A DNA stretch of 62,976 bases, filler included, from an uncultured Synergistales bacterium (GCA_937897575.1; 4 parts of 4 records of this genome joined end to end with filler, not necessarily neighbours in it); one strand, 5' to 3'. Numbered from the whole stretch's first letter, positions 41,208 to 52,774 are shown. Translations and numbers: made by a program. Notes: a model not told the origin generated them from the letters alone.

Positions 41208-42309
41208 ATGGGCTTGACGCCAAACGCCACGGTTTTGGAGGAACTTCGGGACCTGCGACAGGACCTGCAGGACAGTCTTTGACCCCGATACCCTGAGGAA
41301 ATCGAAGGAAGAACTGGAAAAAAACACGACGGCTCCGGACTTCTGGAGCCGCGAAGACTGTCATGAGATAACGAGGGATATCGCCCGGGTCAAACGGAAG
41401 CTGGATCGCTGGGAGGAAGTGGACAACGGCTTCCAGGAGCTGGAGATCCTCGCCGACATGCTTTCGGAGGGGGACGACAAGGACCTCCAGGGCGAGTTCG
41501 ACGAACGGGCGGAGGAGATGCGCAGGACCGTCGAAAAGGAGCAGCTTCTTCTGCTCCTCTCCGAGGAGTACGACCAGAACAGCGCCATCCTCACCGTACA
41601 CGCGGGGTCGGGGGGGCTCGACTCCCAGGACTGGGCCGAAATGCTGCTGCGTCTGTACCTCCGATGGTCCGAGCGGGAGGGCTTCAAGAGCAAGACCCTG
41701 GACCTCCAACAGGACGAGGAGGCGGGGATAAAGAGCGCCACCCTTCTCATCGAGGGGGAGTTCGCCTACGGCTATCTGAAGTCCGAGAAGGGCGTCCACC
41801 GACTCGTCCGCATATCGCCCTTCGACTCCGCGAGGCGGCGCCACACGAGCTTCGCCTCCGTGGACGTATCGCCGCACCTGGCCGACGACGTGCAGGTGGA
41901 GATCCGGTCGGAGGATCTGAAGATGGATACCTACAGGGCGAGCGGCGCGGGAGGGCAGTACGTCAACAGGACGGACTCGGCGGTCCGCATCACGCACATC
42001 CCAAGCGGCATCGTCGTGGCCTGTCAGAACGAGCGGTCTCAGCACATGAACCGTCAGGTGGCCATGCAGGTTCTTCGGAGCCGCCTGTTCGAGAGAGCCT
42101 GGCAGGAGCGGCAGGACGAGCTCCGGGCAATCCAGGGCGAGAAGAAGGAGATCACTTGGGGGAGCCAGATCCGCTCCTACGTGCTGCACCCCTACACCCT
42201 CGTGAAGGACCACCGCACGGGACACGAGATGGGCAACGTCCAGGCCGTGCTGGACGGCGATATCGACGAGTTCATCATGCACTTTCTCCGCTGGAAACGA
42301 CAGAAGTGA
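41208..42309 (+). CDS. prfB: Peptide chain release factor 2 with programmed +1 frameshift
   Basis: GGAGG SD, ATG 41208, 24 codons to CTT TGA C (41277-41283); the +1 frame gives PDFW, SPF and GGQ motifs. Confidence 0.96.
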
Positions 42310-42329
42310 CAGATCAAGGAGGATCACTC

Positions 42330-44204
42330 ATGAAACGCACATGCACGGCTCTCTTGCTCTCTATCGTCCTGACGCTCTGCGGCACGCCCCCCGCGTCCGC
42401 GGCGAAATCGACCGCCTCCTTCGTCCTCGACGGTGCCTACATGAAGGTGAAGGATGTCCGACCGGGCATGAAAGGCTATGCCAGGACGGTCCTGTCGGGC
42501 ACGGAGGTCACCCAGTTCCCCGTCGAGATCGTGAGCGTCATTCCTCAGACGGGCTCCCCGAAGCATCTCATCATGATCCGGACGTCGAGCGAAGCGATAG
42601 AGCGCTTCGGCGGCATCGCTGCGGGGATGAGCGGCAGCCCGGTGTACATCGGAGGGAAGCTGCTCGGAGCCATAGGGTACGGTTGGGACTTCAGCCATCA
42701 CAATCTCGGCCTGCTCACCCCCTACGAGGATATGATCTCCATCTGGCAGTGGCCGGAGAAACCCGTCCGGATCACCGCGCTTCCCGTGCCGAAGCCTGAA
42801 AAAAAGCCCCTTCGGGATAGTGAAAAGGAGGCGGAGGACAAGCTCCCCGCCGACGATGGAAAAAGCTTGAAAGAGGGGGAGGAGAAGGATCCTGCCCAAC
42901 CTCCTTTGCGGGACGCCTCCTCTCTTTTCATCAGCGGCCTCAGCCAACGCTCGGCCAGCTCCATAACGGCACTGCTCGGCAAGAACTCCTCCATGCCGGG
43001 TGGTTCCTCCGGCGACCTCCCCATCGAGGAGAACGCCCGGCTCGAACCGGGCGAAGCGCTCGCCGTGCTCCTCGCCTGGGGAGACGTCACCATCGCGTCG
43101 ACGGGGACGCTGACCGCCCTCGGAAAGGACGGCCGATTCATCGCTTTCGCCCACCCCTTTCTCGGCAGGGGAGCCGTCAACTATCCCGTCGCGCGCGCCT
43201 ACATCCACGGCGTCGTGCCCAGCGTGGAGGTGCCCTTCAAGATCGGGACTCCGCTCCGCATCGTCGGGACGACAACCCAGGACAGAGCCCAGGCGATCGG
43301 GGGACGAATCGGGTACTTCACGCCATCCTTCTCCGCGGCGCTGAACTTCACCGACCTTGACAGAAAGACTTCGGAAAAGAAAAGATTCCACATAGCCCCC
43401 GACCCCTTCATGGGGGCAAAGCTCTCCGCCGAGATATTCACGGGGCTTGTGGACGAACTGTGGGGCCGGAAGGGGCAGGGGACGGCGAAGATGTCCCTGA
43501 TCGTCCAAGGCAGAGGGCTGACGACAGGGTGGAGCCGGACGAACATGTTCTACTCCGACGGCGATATCGCCGCCGACGCCTTGAAGGAGATATCCGAGAT
43601 GCTGGACATCCTCTTCCTCAACCCCTTCTCCGAGATCTACCCTCTTGGCGTCAACGTCCTGGCGGAGTTCACTGAGAACCCGAAGGTCATGTTCATCGAG
43701 GGCGTCGACGTGAAAAAGGAGTCCGTCCGTCCGGGGGAGACGGTGGATGTGGAGGTCACGCTCCGACCGTACCGCGCAAAGGAGACGAAGAAAACGTTCA
43801 CACTGACCGTCCCGAAGGATGCAACGGACTCCTGCGAAATACTCGTCCGGGGCGGCGGCATCGAACCCCTGAGCCAATCGGCCCTCATCCAGGGGTGGAA
43901 GACCATCGCGAACTTCCAGCAGCTTCTGACGGAGATGTCCGCCCCCGAGGCGAACAACGAGCTGATCCTCGAGTTGAACTGTGACGGCATGCCCGATCTG
44001 AGAGGTGCGGACGAAGAGGACGGGGCCCCCTCCCCGAAAGAGGAGGAGGAGCTCCTGAGCGAGCTGAAGAAGCGCCGCCTCGAGGAGGGCACGCTGCGCA
44101 TATTCTCCTCGGAGTACGTGGTGGATGGCCTGCTCCGCAAAATCCTGACCGTGGACCCGGAGCCCTCCAGGCCGGAAGAGAGTCGACCGGCGACGGGAGA
44201 GTAA
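42330..44204 (+). CDS. Exported SpoIVB-like peptidase S55 domain protein
   Basis: Signal peptide; GGIAAGMSGSPVY, GTLT..FIAFAHPF; AAGGAGG SD. Confidence 0.85.
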   Translation: MKRTCTALLLSIVLTLCGTPPASAAKSTASFVLDGAYMKVKDVRPGMKGYARTVLSGTEVTQFPVEIVSVIPQTGSPKHLIMIRTSSEAIERFGGIAAGMSGSPVYIGGKLLGAIGYGWDFSHHNLGLLTPYEDMISIWQWPEKPVRITALPVPKPEKKPLRDSEKEAEDKLPADDGKSLKEGEEKDPAQPPLRDASSLFISGLSQRSASSITALLGKNSSMPGGSSGDLPIEENARLEPGEALAVLLAWGDVTIASTGTLTALGKDGRFIAFAHPFLGRGAVNYPVARAYIHGVVPSVEVPFKIGTPLRIVGTTTQDRAQAIGGRIGYFTPSFSAALNFTDLDRKTSEKKRFHIAPDPFMGAKLSAEIFTGLVDELWGRKGQGTAKMSLIVQGRGLTTGWSRTNMFYSDGDIAADALKEISEMLDILFLNPFSEIYPLGVNVLAEFTENPKVMFIEGVDVKKESVRPGETVDVEVTLRPYRAKETKKTFTLTVPKDATDSCEILVRGGGIEPLSQSALIQGWKTIANFQQLLTEMSAPEANNELILELNCDGMPDLRGADEEDGAPSPKEEEELLSELKKRRLEEGTLRIFSSEYVVDGLLRKILTVDPEPSRPEESRPATGE

Positions 44205-44206
44205 GA

Positions 44207-44665
44207 GTGTTCATCACCATCGAGGGGATAGACGGCTGCGGCAAGTCGACCCAAGCCCGCCTGCTCGCCGAGAGGCTCGCCGATGACGACTGTCCCGTAG
44301 TCTGGACGAAGGAGCCGGGAGGGTGGCGAAACGGCGAGACACTGCGTACCCTCCTGCTCGAGGGTTGTCTTGTGCACCCTCTGAGCGAGCTTTTCCTCTT
44401 CCTCGCCGACAGGGGAGAGCATGTGCATCAGGTGATCCACCCCGCCCTCGCCGCGGGGCAGACCGTCCTCTGCGAGCGCTACTCCGACTCCACGCTGGCC
44501 TACCAGTCCTGGGGACGGGGCATTCCGTCGGAGCGAATCGAAGACCTGCTCCGGTGGGCGGATTTTCCCGTGCCCGATATCACCGTTCTGATCGATCTGC
44601 CGACGGAGGCGGCGTGCGCGCGGCTCCGGCGGCGAGGGGCCCCCGACCGTCTGGAACGCGAAGGG
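44207..44665 (+). CDS. tmk: Thymidylate kinase (3' end lost in the gap)
   Basis: MFITIEGIDGCGKSTQ, EPGG, ERYSDSTLAYQ. Confidence 0.96.
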
Positions 44666-44765
44666 NNNNNNNNNNNNNNNNNNNNNNNNNNNNNNNNNNN
44701 NNNNNNNNNTTAATTAATTAANNNNNNNNNNNNNNNNNNNNNNNNNNNNNNNNNNNNNNNNNNNN
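44666..44765. other. Artificial contig-join spacer
   Basis: N-run / TTAATTAATTAA / N-run. Confidence 0.98.
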
Positions 44766-45274
44766 AATCCGGCGGGATCTTCGCTGGCGAGAGGGAGCTG
44801 AAGCAGATCAAGGAGGGCGGCTACACCATAAAAACCCTGTCCCCGAACGCCGCACCCGAGAAGGTGATGGAGACCTTCGTCACGGCCATCAAGGAGAAGA
44901 ACCGGGAGCTCTATATGGCCTGCGTCAACCCCGAGCGGTACCAGACGGCGGTTGGCCGGGACCTGGTGGCCAACTACCACTGGGATCTCCATCAGCATCG
45001 TTTCAAGACCCAGTACGTGGCCGTGACCTTTGGAAAACCCCGCATTGTGGTCGTCAAGGGGTTCGACGAGACGAACTCCGACGACGACTACTTTCTGACC
45101 GACGAGCAGAAGGACACGGCCCGGCGCATCGGCGGCGAGAAGCTGGAGTTCGCCTACATAGACTGCAAGGCCTGGGACGAGAACGGACGGCAGTACGGAA
45201 CCCCCAAGCAGTACCAGCTCGTGCGGAAAAACGGCGGCCCCTGGCTTGTGGAAAGCTACGCCGTGCCGTTCTAG
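44766..45274 (+). CDS. Hypothetical protein, C-terminal part (possibly NTF2-like fold)
   Basis: Frame open from the contig edge; PEKVMETFVTAI..YQLVRKNGGPWLV pattern. Confidence 0.7.
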
Positions 45275-45289
45275 AAGGAGGGGTGAGCT

Positions 45290-46342
45290 ATGAGAATCCG
45301 ACACTGTACGGTCCTTTGGGGCTTCATTCTCCTGTTGCTGGGAACGGTGCTGCTTCCTCTGGCCGCGGCGGCCGATACACCTCCTCAGGAGGGTTTCGTC
45401 TTCGACGAGGACACCGAAGCCGCCGCTCTAAAGAAGCTCGTGGACCCCATGGAGTCCTACCTCCTGTCCGTAGAGGCTTTATGCGGCGCCATCTCGGAAC
45501 TCTGCGCGCAGTGGGAAGGGGGAGTCTACTTCGATACTGACCAGCTGTACAGCCTTCGCGCGCAGCTTCTCAACCTGCTCTTCCAACCGGCTCAGGAACC
45601 CGCTCTTGCCCGGTTGAACACCTCGGAATTCCGGGCCCTGCGCAGCGCAGCGCTCAATCACATGGCGTCGGGGGCCACGTTGCTGCGAAATACCCTCGTG
45701 GTCTTCAAACTCCAGCTGGAGCGCAAGGCATGGATGGAGACCACGGCCCCCCTCGGCGGCAAGGGGCTTGTGGGAGATCTGGAGACTCTGTCCCGGCAGA
45801 GGGAGGAGATGGTGGCGTTCCTCTCTGATAATTTCTACGTGTTCCGGACGGACGTCATGCCCCTCTCTTTTGCCCGGAGGCTGAGGGACAGAGCGATCGA
45901 TCTTCCGGGGTACGGCGGTTTCACGAACCGGGGCGGCTCCCTCAACGCCAAGGCGACCAACGCCATTCTCGCGATCAACAGCAGCCTGAAAGCGTGTCAG
46001 CAGTCGAAGGAGGAGTACAAAGGGCCCTTCAAGGAGATATGGGGCCAGTGGCAGCGCACCGAGGGAGCGGTGAGTGAGGCCAGGGTTCTGCTTGCCGAGG
46101 CGGGAGGCGGACTGCTCCGGATTCGGACGGCAGTGACCGGCGCCTTGGATAGCCTCGGGAACTGCGTCCATCTGAGGTTCAACAAGGAGAACGAGGAGAT
46201 CCTGGACGAGTTCGTGGACCAAGAACTCCCCGTCTATCAGGGGATGTATGACAGGCACAGCTACCAGAAGTTCAAGGACTCCGCCGCCATGATTCACAAG
46301 TTCATGGTAACCATTATGAGCATGCGGTGCATACAGGACTAG
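45290..46342 (+). CDS. Hypothetical exported, mainly helical protein
   Basis: AAGGAGG SD; signal peptide ending LAAAA-DT; 350 aa; no family recognised. Confidence 0.75.
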   Translation: MRIRHCTVLWGFILLLLGTVLLPLAAAADTPPQEGFVFDEDTEAAALKKLVDPMESYLLSVEALCGAISELCAQWEGGVYFDTDQLYSLRAQLLNLLFQPAQEPALARLNTSEFRALRSAALNHMASGATLLRNTLVVFKLQLERKAWMETTAPLGGKGLVGDLETLSRQREEMVAFLSDNFYVFRTDVMPLSFARRLRDRAIDLPGYGGFTNRGGSLNAKATNAILAINSSLKACQQSKEEYKGPFKEIWGQWQRTEGAVSEARVLLAEAGGGLLRIRTAVTGALDSLGNCVHLRFNKENEEILDEFVDQELPVYQGMYDRHSYQKFKDSAAMIHKFMVTIMSMRCIQD

Positions 46343-46772
46343 CTAAGCGAAACACCCGGCCGTCGTTTGGCAAACGGTCCGGGAGGCGTCTGTAACCGGT
46401 GTACTGGAGGAATGCGGAAATCAGATGCACCGTTTCTCTCTGCAGAGGGGAGGAGGATTGCGCTTCCGGACGATGTTCCCGGCAAAAAGTCCTGAAATCA
46501 CGGCGCAGTGCATTCGATCGACTCGTATTGGGAGTTTCGGACGAGCCGATTTTTGATGCAGGCCATCGGGCCGGAGAAGGCGAGCGGGACGATGTGGGTA
46601 CGGGCGCGGCATCGTTCGTAATGAGTCGTGGGCTGTGCGCACTTTGCGACAGAGCGTGTGAGAGGGGTTCTCTCATGCCCTTCGGTGTCAAAAACTGCGA
46701 GAGTCGGACGACGGAACGAATTCACGTCTGACGAGAAACAACGGCGTGCATCGACTGAGAGGACGAATTCTG

Positions 46773-46812
46773 TGGTAGAATGAATCCGCTTGTCAGTTAT
46801 ACGATATATAAC
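46773..46812 (+). promoter_or_regulatory. Extended -10 plus palindromic operator upstream of the pst-like operon
   Basis: TG-G-TAGAAT (46773-46781) followed by GTTATA-CGATA-TATAAC (46796-46812). Confidence 0.6.
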
Positions 46813-46827
46813 ATTAAAGGAGTTGTC

Positions 46828-47661
46828 GTGAACGTGAAGAGATTGCTTGCAGCCTTGGTTCTCCTGGTCCTCTGTGCCGGTGCCGCCGTTGCGGCGCCGC
46901 TGGATGTCTTCAAGGACATGAAAGGAACTCTGGATATCGCCGGAGGAACTGCCCACATTCCGGTCATGAACAAGGCGGCCCAGAGTATCATGACCTTCAA
47001 CGGGGATATCCGTATTACCGTCGCCGGAGGAGGGTCCGGCGTGGGCGTCAAACAGGCCGGCGAGGGGTTGGTCGGCATCGGGAACACCGGCCGCCCCTTG
47101 AAAGAGAGCGAGATCAAGGAGTACGGGCTGGAGACCTTCCCCTTCGCCATAGACGGAGTGGCCGTGGTCGTCAATCCGAAGAACACGGTTCGCGCACTCA
47201 CCGCGAAGCAGATAGCCGGGATCTATGCCGGAACCGTCAAGGACTGGGGAGAGGTCGGCGGAGAGCCCGGAGCCATCAACGTCTATGGCAGGGAGGACGG
47301 GAGCGGGACCAGAGAGACCTTCACTGAGAAGATCCTCGGCAAGACGGAACTGGCCCCCTCGGTGAACGTGGTGAGCTCCAACGGAGCCATGAAGACCGCG
47401 GTGGCACAGGACGCACGGGCAATAGGCTACGTCGGCATAGGGCACATCGAGGAGTCCATAGCGGGCATCGTCATAGACGGCATGATCCCCTCCCAGGAAA
47501 ATGCCGCCAACGGGTCCTACACCGTGGTCCGGAACCTCTTCATGAACACGAAAGGCACGCCGACGGGGCTCACGGCGGCGTTCATCGACTACATCTACAG
47601 CGCCGACGGCGCTCGGTTCATCACCGAGAGCGGGTACATACCCGTCCCCCGCGGTCAGTAG
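46828..47661 (+). CDS. pstS: PstS-family phosphate/oxyanion-binding protein
   Basis: Signal peptide, GGGSGVG, AIDGVAVVVNP, REDGSGTR. Confidence 0.85.
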   Translation: MNVKRLLAALVLLVLCAGAAVAAPLDVFKDMKGTLDIAGGTAHIPVMNKAAQSIMTFNGDIRITVAGGGSGVGVKQAGEGLVGIGNTGRPLKESEIKEYGLETFPFAIDGVAVVVNPKNTVRALTAKQIAGIYAGTVKDWGEVGGEPGAINVYGREDGSGTRETFTEKILGKTELAPSVNVVSSNGAMKTAVAQDARAIGYVGIGHIEESIAGIVIDGMIPSQENAANGSYTVVRNLFMNTKGTPTGLTAAFIDYIYSADGARFITESGYIPVPRGQ

Positions 47662-47747
47662 AGCACCGTTTTCTTTCGCACGTGCAGGAAAGGACGAGCC
47701 TTTCCTGCACGCTCTTGGGAATGTCTCGTTCCGTGAAAGAGGTCGTT

Positions 47748-48596
47748 ATGCCCCCACCCCGAAGATCGCAGCTGTGGATTCGAAGCCTCGCCCTTGGCGT
47801 GGGCGGAGTGCTTGCCTCTGTTTTCGCTTTTATTATGTTCTCCGCTCTGGAGGCACTGGCGCGAGGAAGAGGACTTTCCCTCTTCGGAAACCTCTGGAGC
47901 CCCGGGGCAGGTCAATTCGGGATCATGCCGATGATCGCCGCCTCTCTTCTTCTCTCCCTCTCGGCTCTCGCCCTGGGTTGGACGGTTTCTCTGGGATGCT
48001 GCTGTGCCCTGCACCTGCGGACTTGTCCCCGGTTATCGAAACTGCTTATGGGCATTCTCCGTTTCATGACGGCCATGCCCACGGTGGTCTATGGGTTTGC
48101 CGCGGTCTTCCTTCTCGTACCCCTTATCCGGTCCGCCCTTGGAGGATCGGGGTTCTGCTGGTTCACCGCAGGGGTCGTCCTTGCCCTTCAGGGAGTGCCC
48201 ACCATGACGCTGGTGATGGACGGCGCCATGGCCTCTCTCGAGAAGGAGACGGGCATCACGTCGGCAGCTCTTGGATTCACTCCGCTTCAGCACCTTGTCT
48301 GGGTCGTTCTGCCCTCCATGAAACCCTGGCTCTTCTCCGCAGCGGTGCTGGGGTTCGGGCGAGCCATGGGGGACACGCTGATCCCAACGATGCTGGCGGG
48401 GAACGCCCCCCAATTTCCCGCTTCGCCCCTGGACTCCGTACGAACCCTGACGGCCCACATCAGCCTTGTTCTGTCCTCTGACATGGGCGGAGGAGAGCAC
48501 CTCTCCCTCATGCTTTCAGGCGGTATCCTGCTGACCATAAGTCTGCTGGTCAGCCTGACGGTCCGGTACATATCCTTCAGGGGGCGACGGCGATGA
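47748..48596 (+). CDS. pstC: PstC-family ABC permease
   Basis: WSP..FGIMPMI, MPTVVYG, FGRAMGDT, RTLTAHI. Confidence 0.88.
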   Translation: MPPPRRSQLWIRSLALGVGGVLASVFAFIMFSALEALARGRGLSLFGNLWSPGAGQFGIMPMIAASLLLSLSALALGWTVSLGCCCALHLRTCPRLSKLLMGILRFMTAMPTVVYGFAAVFLLVPLIRSALGGSGFCWFTAGVVLALQGVPTMTLVMDGAMASLEKETGITSAALGFTPLQHLVWVVLPSMKPWLFSAAVLGFGRAMGDTLIPTMLAGNAPQFPASPLDSVRTLTAHISLVLSSDMGGGEHLSLMLSGGILLTISLLVSLTVRYISFRGRRR

Positions 48597-49474
48597 GGTG
48601 CAGAGAGAGGGTTATCCTTGTTGTGAGCCTCGTCTCCGGGTTTTTGGTATGCGTCTCCGTCTTCATCCTCATGGCGTTTCTTCTCCGACGGGGCTTACCC
48701 GCCCTTCGAGGTGACCTGCTCTTTGGAAACACCCCTGTGATGGAGGCCATCCTCGGACTCAAACCGGTATGGGACGGCATATGGCCCGCCATGGCGGGAA
48801 CCCTCGGTCTTCTCATCTTGACCATGAGTTTTGCCATAATTCCGGGTGTCGGCTGCGGCATTTTCCTCGCCTGTTACGCGACGCCCCGCCAGAAAGAGGG
48901 GCTGGGGCTCGCTGTGGATCTTCTCGCCGGTATCCCCTCCATCGTCATGGGGCTCTTCGGTTTCATCCTCATTCTCTTTCTCCGACGGACTTTTCTGCCC
49001 CGAGGGACCACATGCATGCTTCTGGCCTCCTTCTGTCTTGCCCTGCTGGTCCTTCCCTCCCTTATCGCTTCCACCGTCTCGTCCCTCGAGGGTCTTCCCG
49101 AGGAGCTCTCCCTGACGGCGGAGGCCCTAGGTTTCTCGCAGGGGCAAGCCCTTCGTCACGTCCTACTTCCGGCGGCGGGGAACGGAATTTTGAGCGGGAT
49201 CATGCTCGCCATGGGGCGGACGGCCGAGGATACGGCGGTCATAATGCTCACTGGGGTGGTGGCCAACGCGGGATTTCCCGCCGGCCTCCTCTCGAAGTTC
49301 GAAGCGCTCCCCTTCTTTGTGTACTACACGGCCGCGCAGTATGCCGACCAGCAGGAACTGACCCGAGGTTTCGGCGCAATTCTCGTCCTCTTGCTGCTTT
49401 CGGGGGGGCTGCTGCTCGGATCGTGGTATCTCCAGAGAAAACTGGAGCTTCGATGGAGAGGAGAGAGAGGATGA
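48593..49474 (+). CDS. pstA: PstA-family ABC permease
   Basis: GIWPAMAGT, LAGIPSIVMGLFG, MGRTAEDTA. Confidence 0.88.
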   Translation: MRCRERVILVVSLVSGFLVCVSVFILMAFLLRRGLPALRGDLLFGNTPVMEAILGLKPVWDGIWPAMAGTLGLLILTMSFAIIPGVGCGIFLACYATPRQKEGLGLAVDLLAGIPSIVMGLFGFILILFLRRTFLPRGTTCMLLASFCLALLVLPSLIASTVSSLEGLPEELSLTAEALGFSQGQALRHVLLPAAGNGILSGIMLAMGRTAEDTAVIMLTGVVANAGFPAGLLSKFEALPFFVYYTAAQYADQQELTRGFGAILVLLLLSGGLLLGSWYLQRKLELRWRGERG

Positions 49475-50229
49475 TCCCATGCGCCGTTGCGGAAAAATTT
49501 TCGGCGTTCTTCGGAAGCCGTCCCGTTCTTTCCGAGATATCGCTCTCTTTTTCGGAGAAAAGCGTGACGGCGCTCCTCGGTCGCTCCGGTTCAGGCAAGA
49601 CGACGCTGTTGCGGTCCCTGAACGGTCTGAACGACCACTTTGCTGGGTTTCGGAGCACAGGCGACCTGTCTGTGCGACTGGGCGGCATCCTGAGGCCGGT
49701 GAGGGGGCCCGATGCCCTTCCTGCGTCGGAGCTCCGAAGACGCGTGGGCATGGTCTTCCAGAACCCCAACCCGCTCCCTCTCTCCATCCGACGGAACATG
49801 ACGCTCCCTCTGTCCCTTGTCGCCGGGACGGAGGGCGAGGAGGCGGAGGGTGTCATGAGAGAGGCCTTCGTCAAGGTGGGGCTTTGGCCGGAGGTGTCCC
49901 ATCGGCTGGACCGTCCGGCGGCGGAACTCTCGGGGGGGCAGCAGCAGCGCCTCTGTCTGGCGAGAGCCGTGGCGTTGAAGCCCGAGATTCTCCTTCTCGA
50001 CGAGCCGACGGCATCGCTGGACTATCTGGCCGCGGCGGGCGTGGAGGAGCTTATCCTCTCTCTGAAGGAGCAGTACTCCATCATCATGGTCTCCCATAGT
50101 TTCGCACAGGCCCGCCGTGTGGCGGACACCCTCGTCTTTCTCTCCGACGGGCGCGTTTCGGCGGCGCTCCCTGTCTCCGATGTGCCCCTCGGAGCGGATA
50201 TCGGGCCTTTTCTGGAGCGGTATCTCTAG
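49471..50229 (+). CDS. pstB: PstB-family ABC ATPase
   Basis: GRSGSGKTT, VGMVFQNPNP, LSGGQQQRLCLARA, DEPTASLD. Confidence 0.88.
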   Translation: MIPCAVAEKFSAFFGSRPVLSEISLSFSEKSVTALLGRSGSGKTTLLRSLNGLNDHFAGFRSTGDLSVRLGGILRPVRGPDALPASELRRRVGMVFQNPNPLPLSIRRNMTLPLSLVAGTEGEEAEGVMREAFVKVGLWPEVSHRLDRPAAELSGGQQQRLCLARAVALKPEILLLDEPTASLDYLAAAGVEELILSLKEQYSIIMVSHSFAQARRVADTLVFLSDGRVSAALPVSDVPLGADIGPFLERYL

Positions 50230-50289
50230 CGAATACCTTCTTCAGAGCAAGGAGACGCTCTCCTCGATCGCTGTCCTGTTCGTGCGCGT

Positions 50290-50318
50290 TTGACAAACGG
50301 TCCGGGAGCCTCTATAAT
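50290..50318 (+). promoter_or_regulatory. Consensus sigma70 promoter of the dap operon leader
   Basis: TTGACA-17 nt-TATAAT. Confidence 0.92.
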
Positions 50319-50336
50319 CGCACGCAATAGAGAAAA

Positions 50337-50587
50337 GGCGATGATCCGGTATGCCCGATCCGGTAGTCCGGCGACAGAGAGGGGCGTTCAGCGGCTGAAA
50401 GGCGTCCCAGTCGGCAGGGGAGGGAGAAAAGACCGGTGAGCCGGGGAGGAAAGGGGTATAAAAACCCTGGAGTACTCCTCCGGATGGGACCTCCGTCACA
50501 GGGTCCGAGTGGGGCACGGCTGTTGCGTGCCCAATCAGGGTGGTACCGCGAGCGCAGGCTCGTCCCTTTGGGGACGGGCCTTTTTTT
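50337..50587 (+). ncRNA. T-box riboswitch, Lys specifier (AAA/AAG)
   Basis: K-turn base (GGC-GAT-GA / GA-GCC), AGAGA bulge, GCTGAA loop, specifier loop ..GAGAAAAG (50424-50431), stem II with AGTA, stem III, T-box AATCAGGGTGGTACCGCG (50533-50550), terminator. Confidence 0.92.
50556..50587 (+). terminator. T-box leader terminator
   Basis: AGGCTCGTCCC-TTTG-GGGACGGGCCT-TTTTTT; CGTCCC is shared with the antiterminator. Confidence 0.92.
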
Positions 50588-50622
50588 GTGGAGAGACGCA
50601 AATATCTGAGGAGGTGTGTGCA

Positions 50623-52752
<2,130 letters not shown>

Positions 52753-52774
52753 CAGGGAAGAGGAGAGGAACAGG

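Noticed and set aside
41277..41283. prfB as a pseudogene or sequencing error
   Set aside because: CTT TGA C at codons 24-25 is the conserved programmed frameshift site
50337..50587. Lysine (L-box) riboswitch, expected before dapA/lysC
   Set aside because: The leader has the T-box consensus, antiterminator and stem I motifs instead
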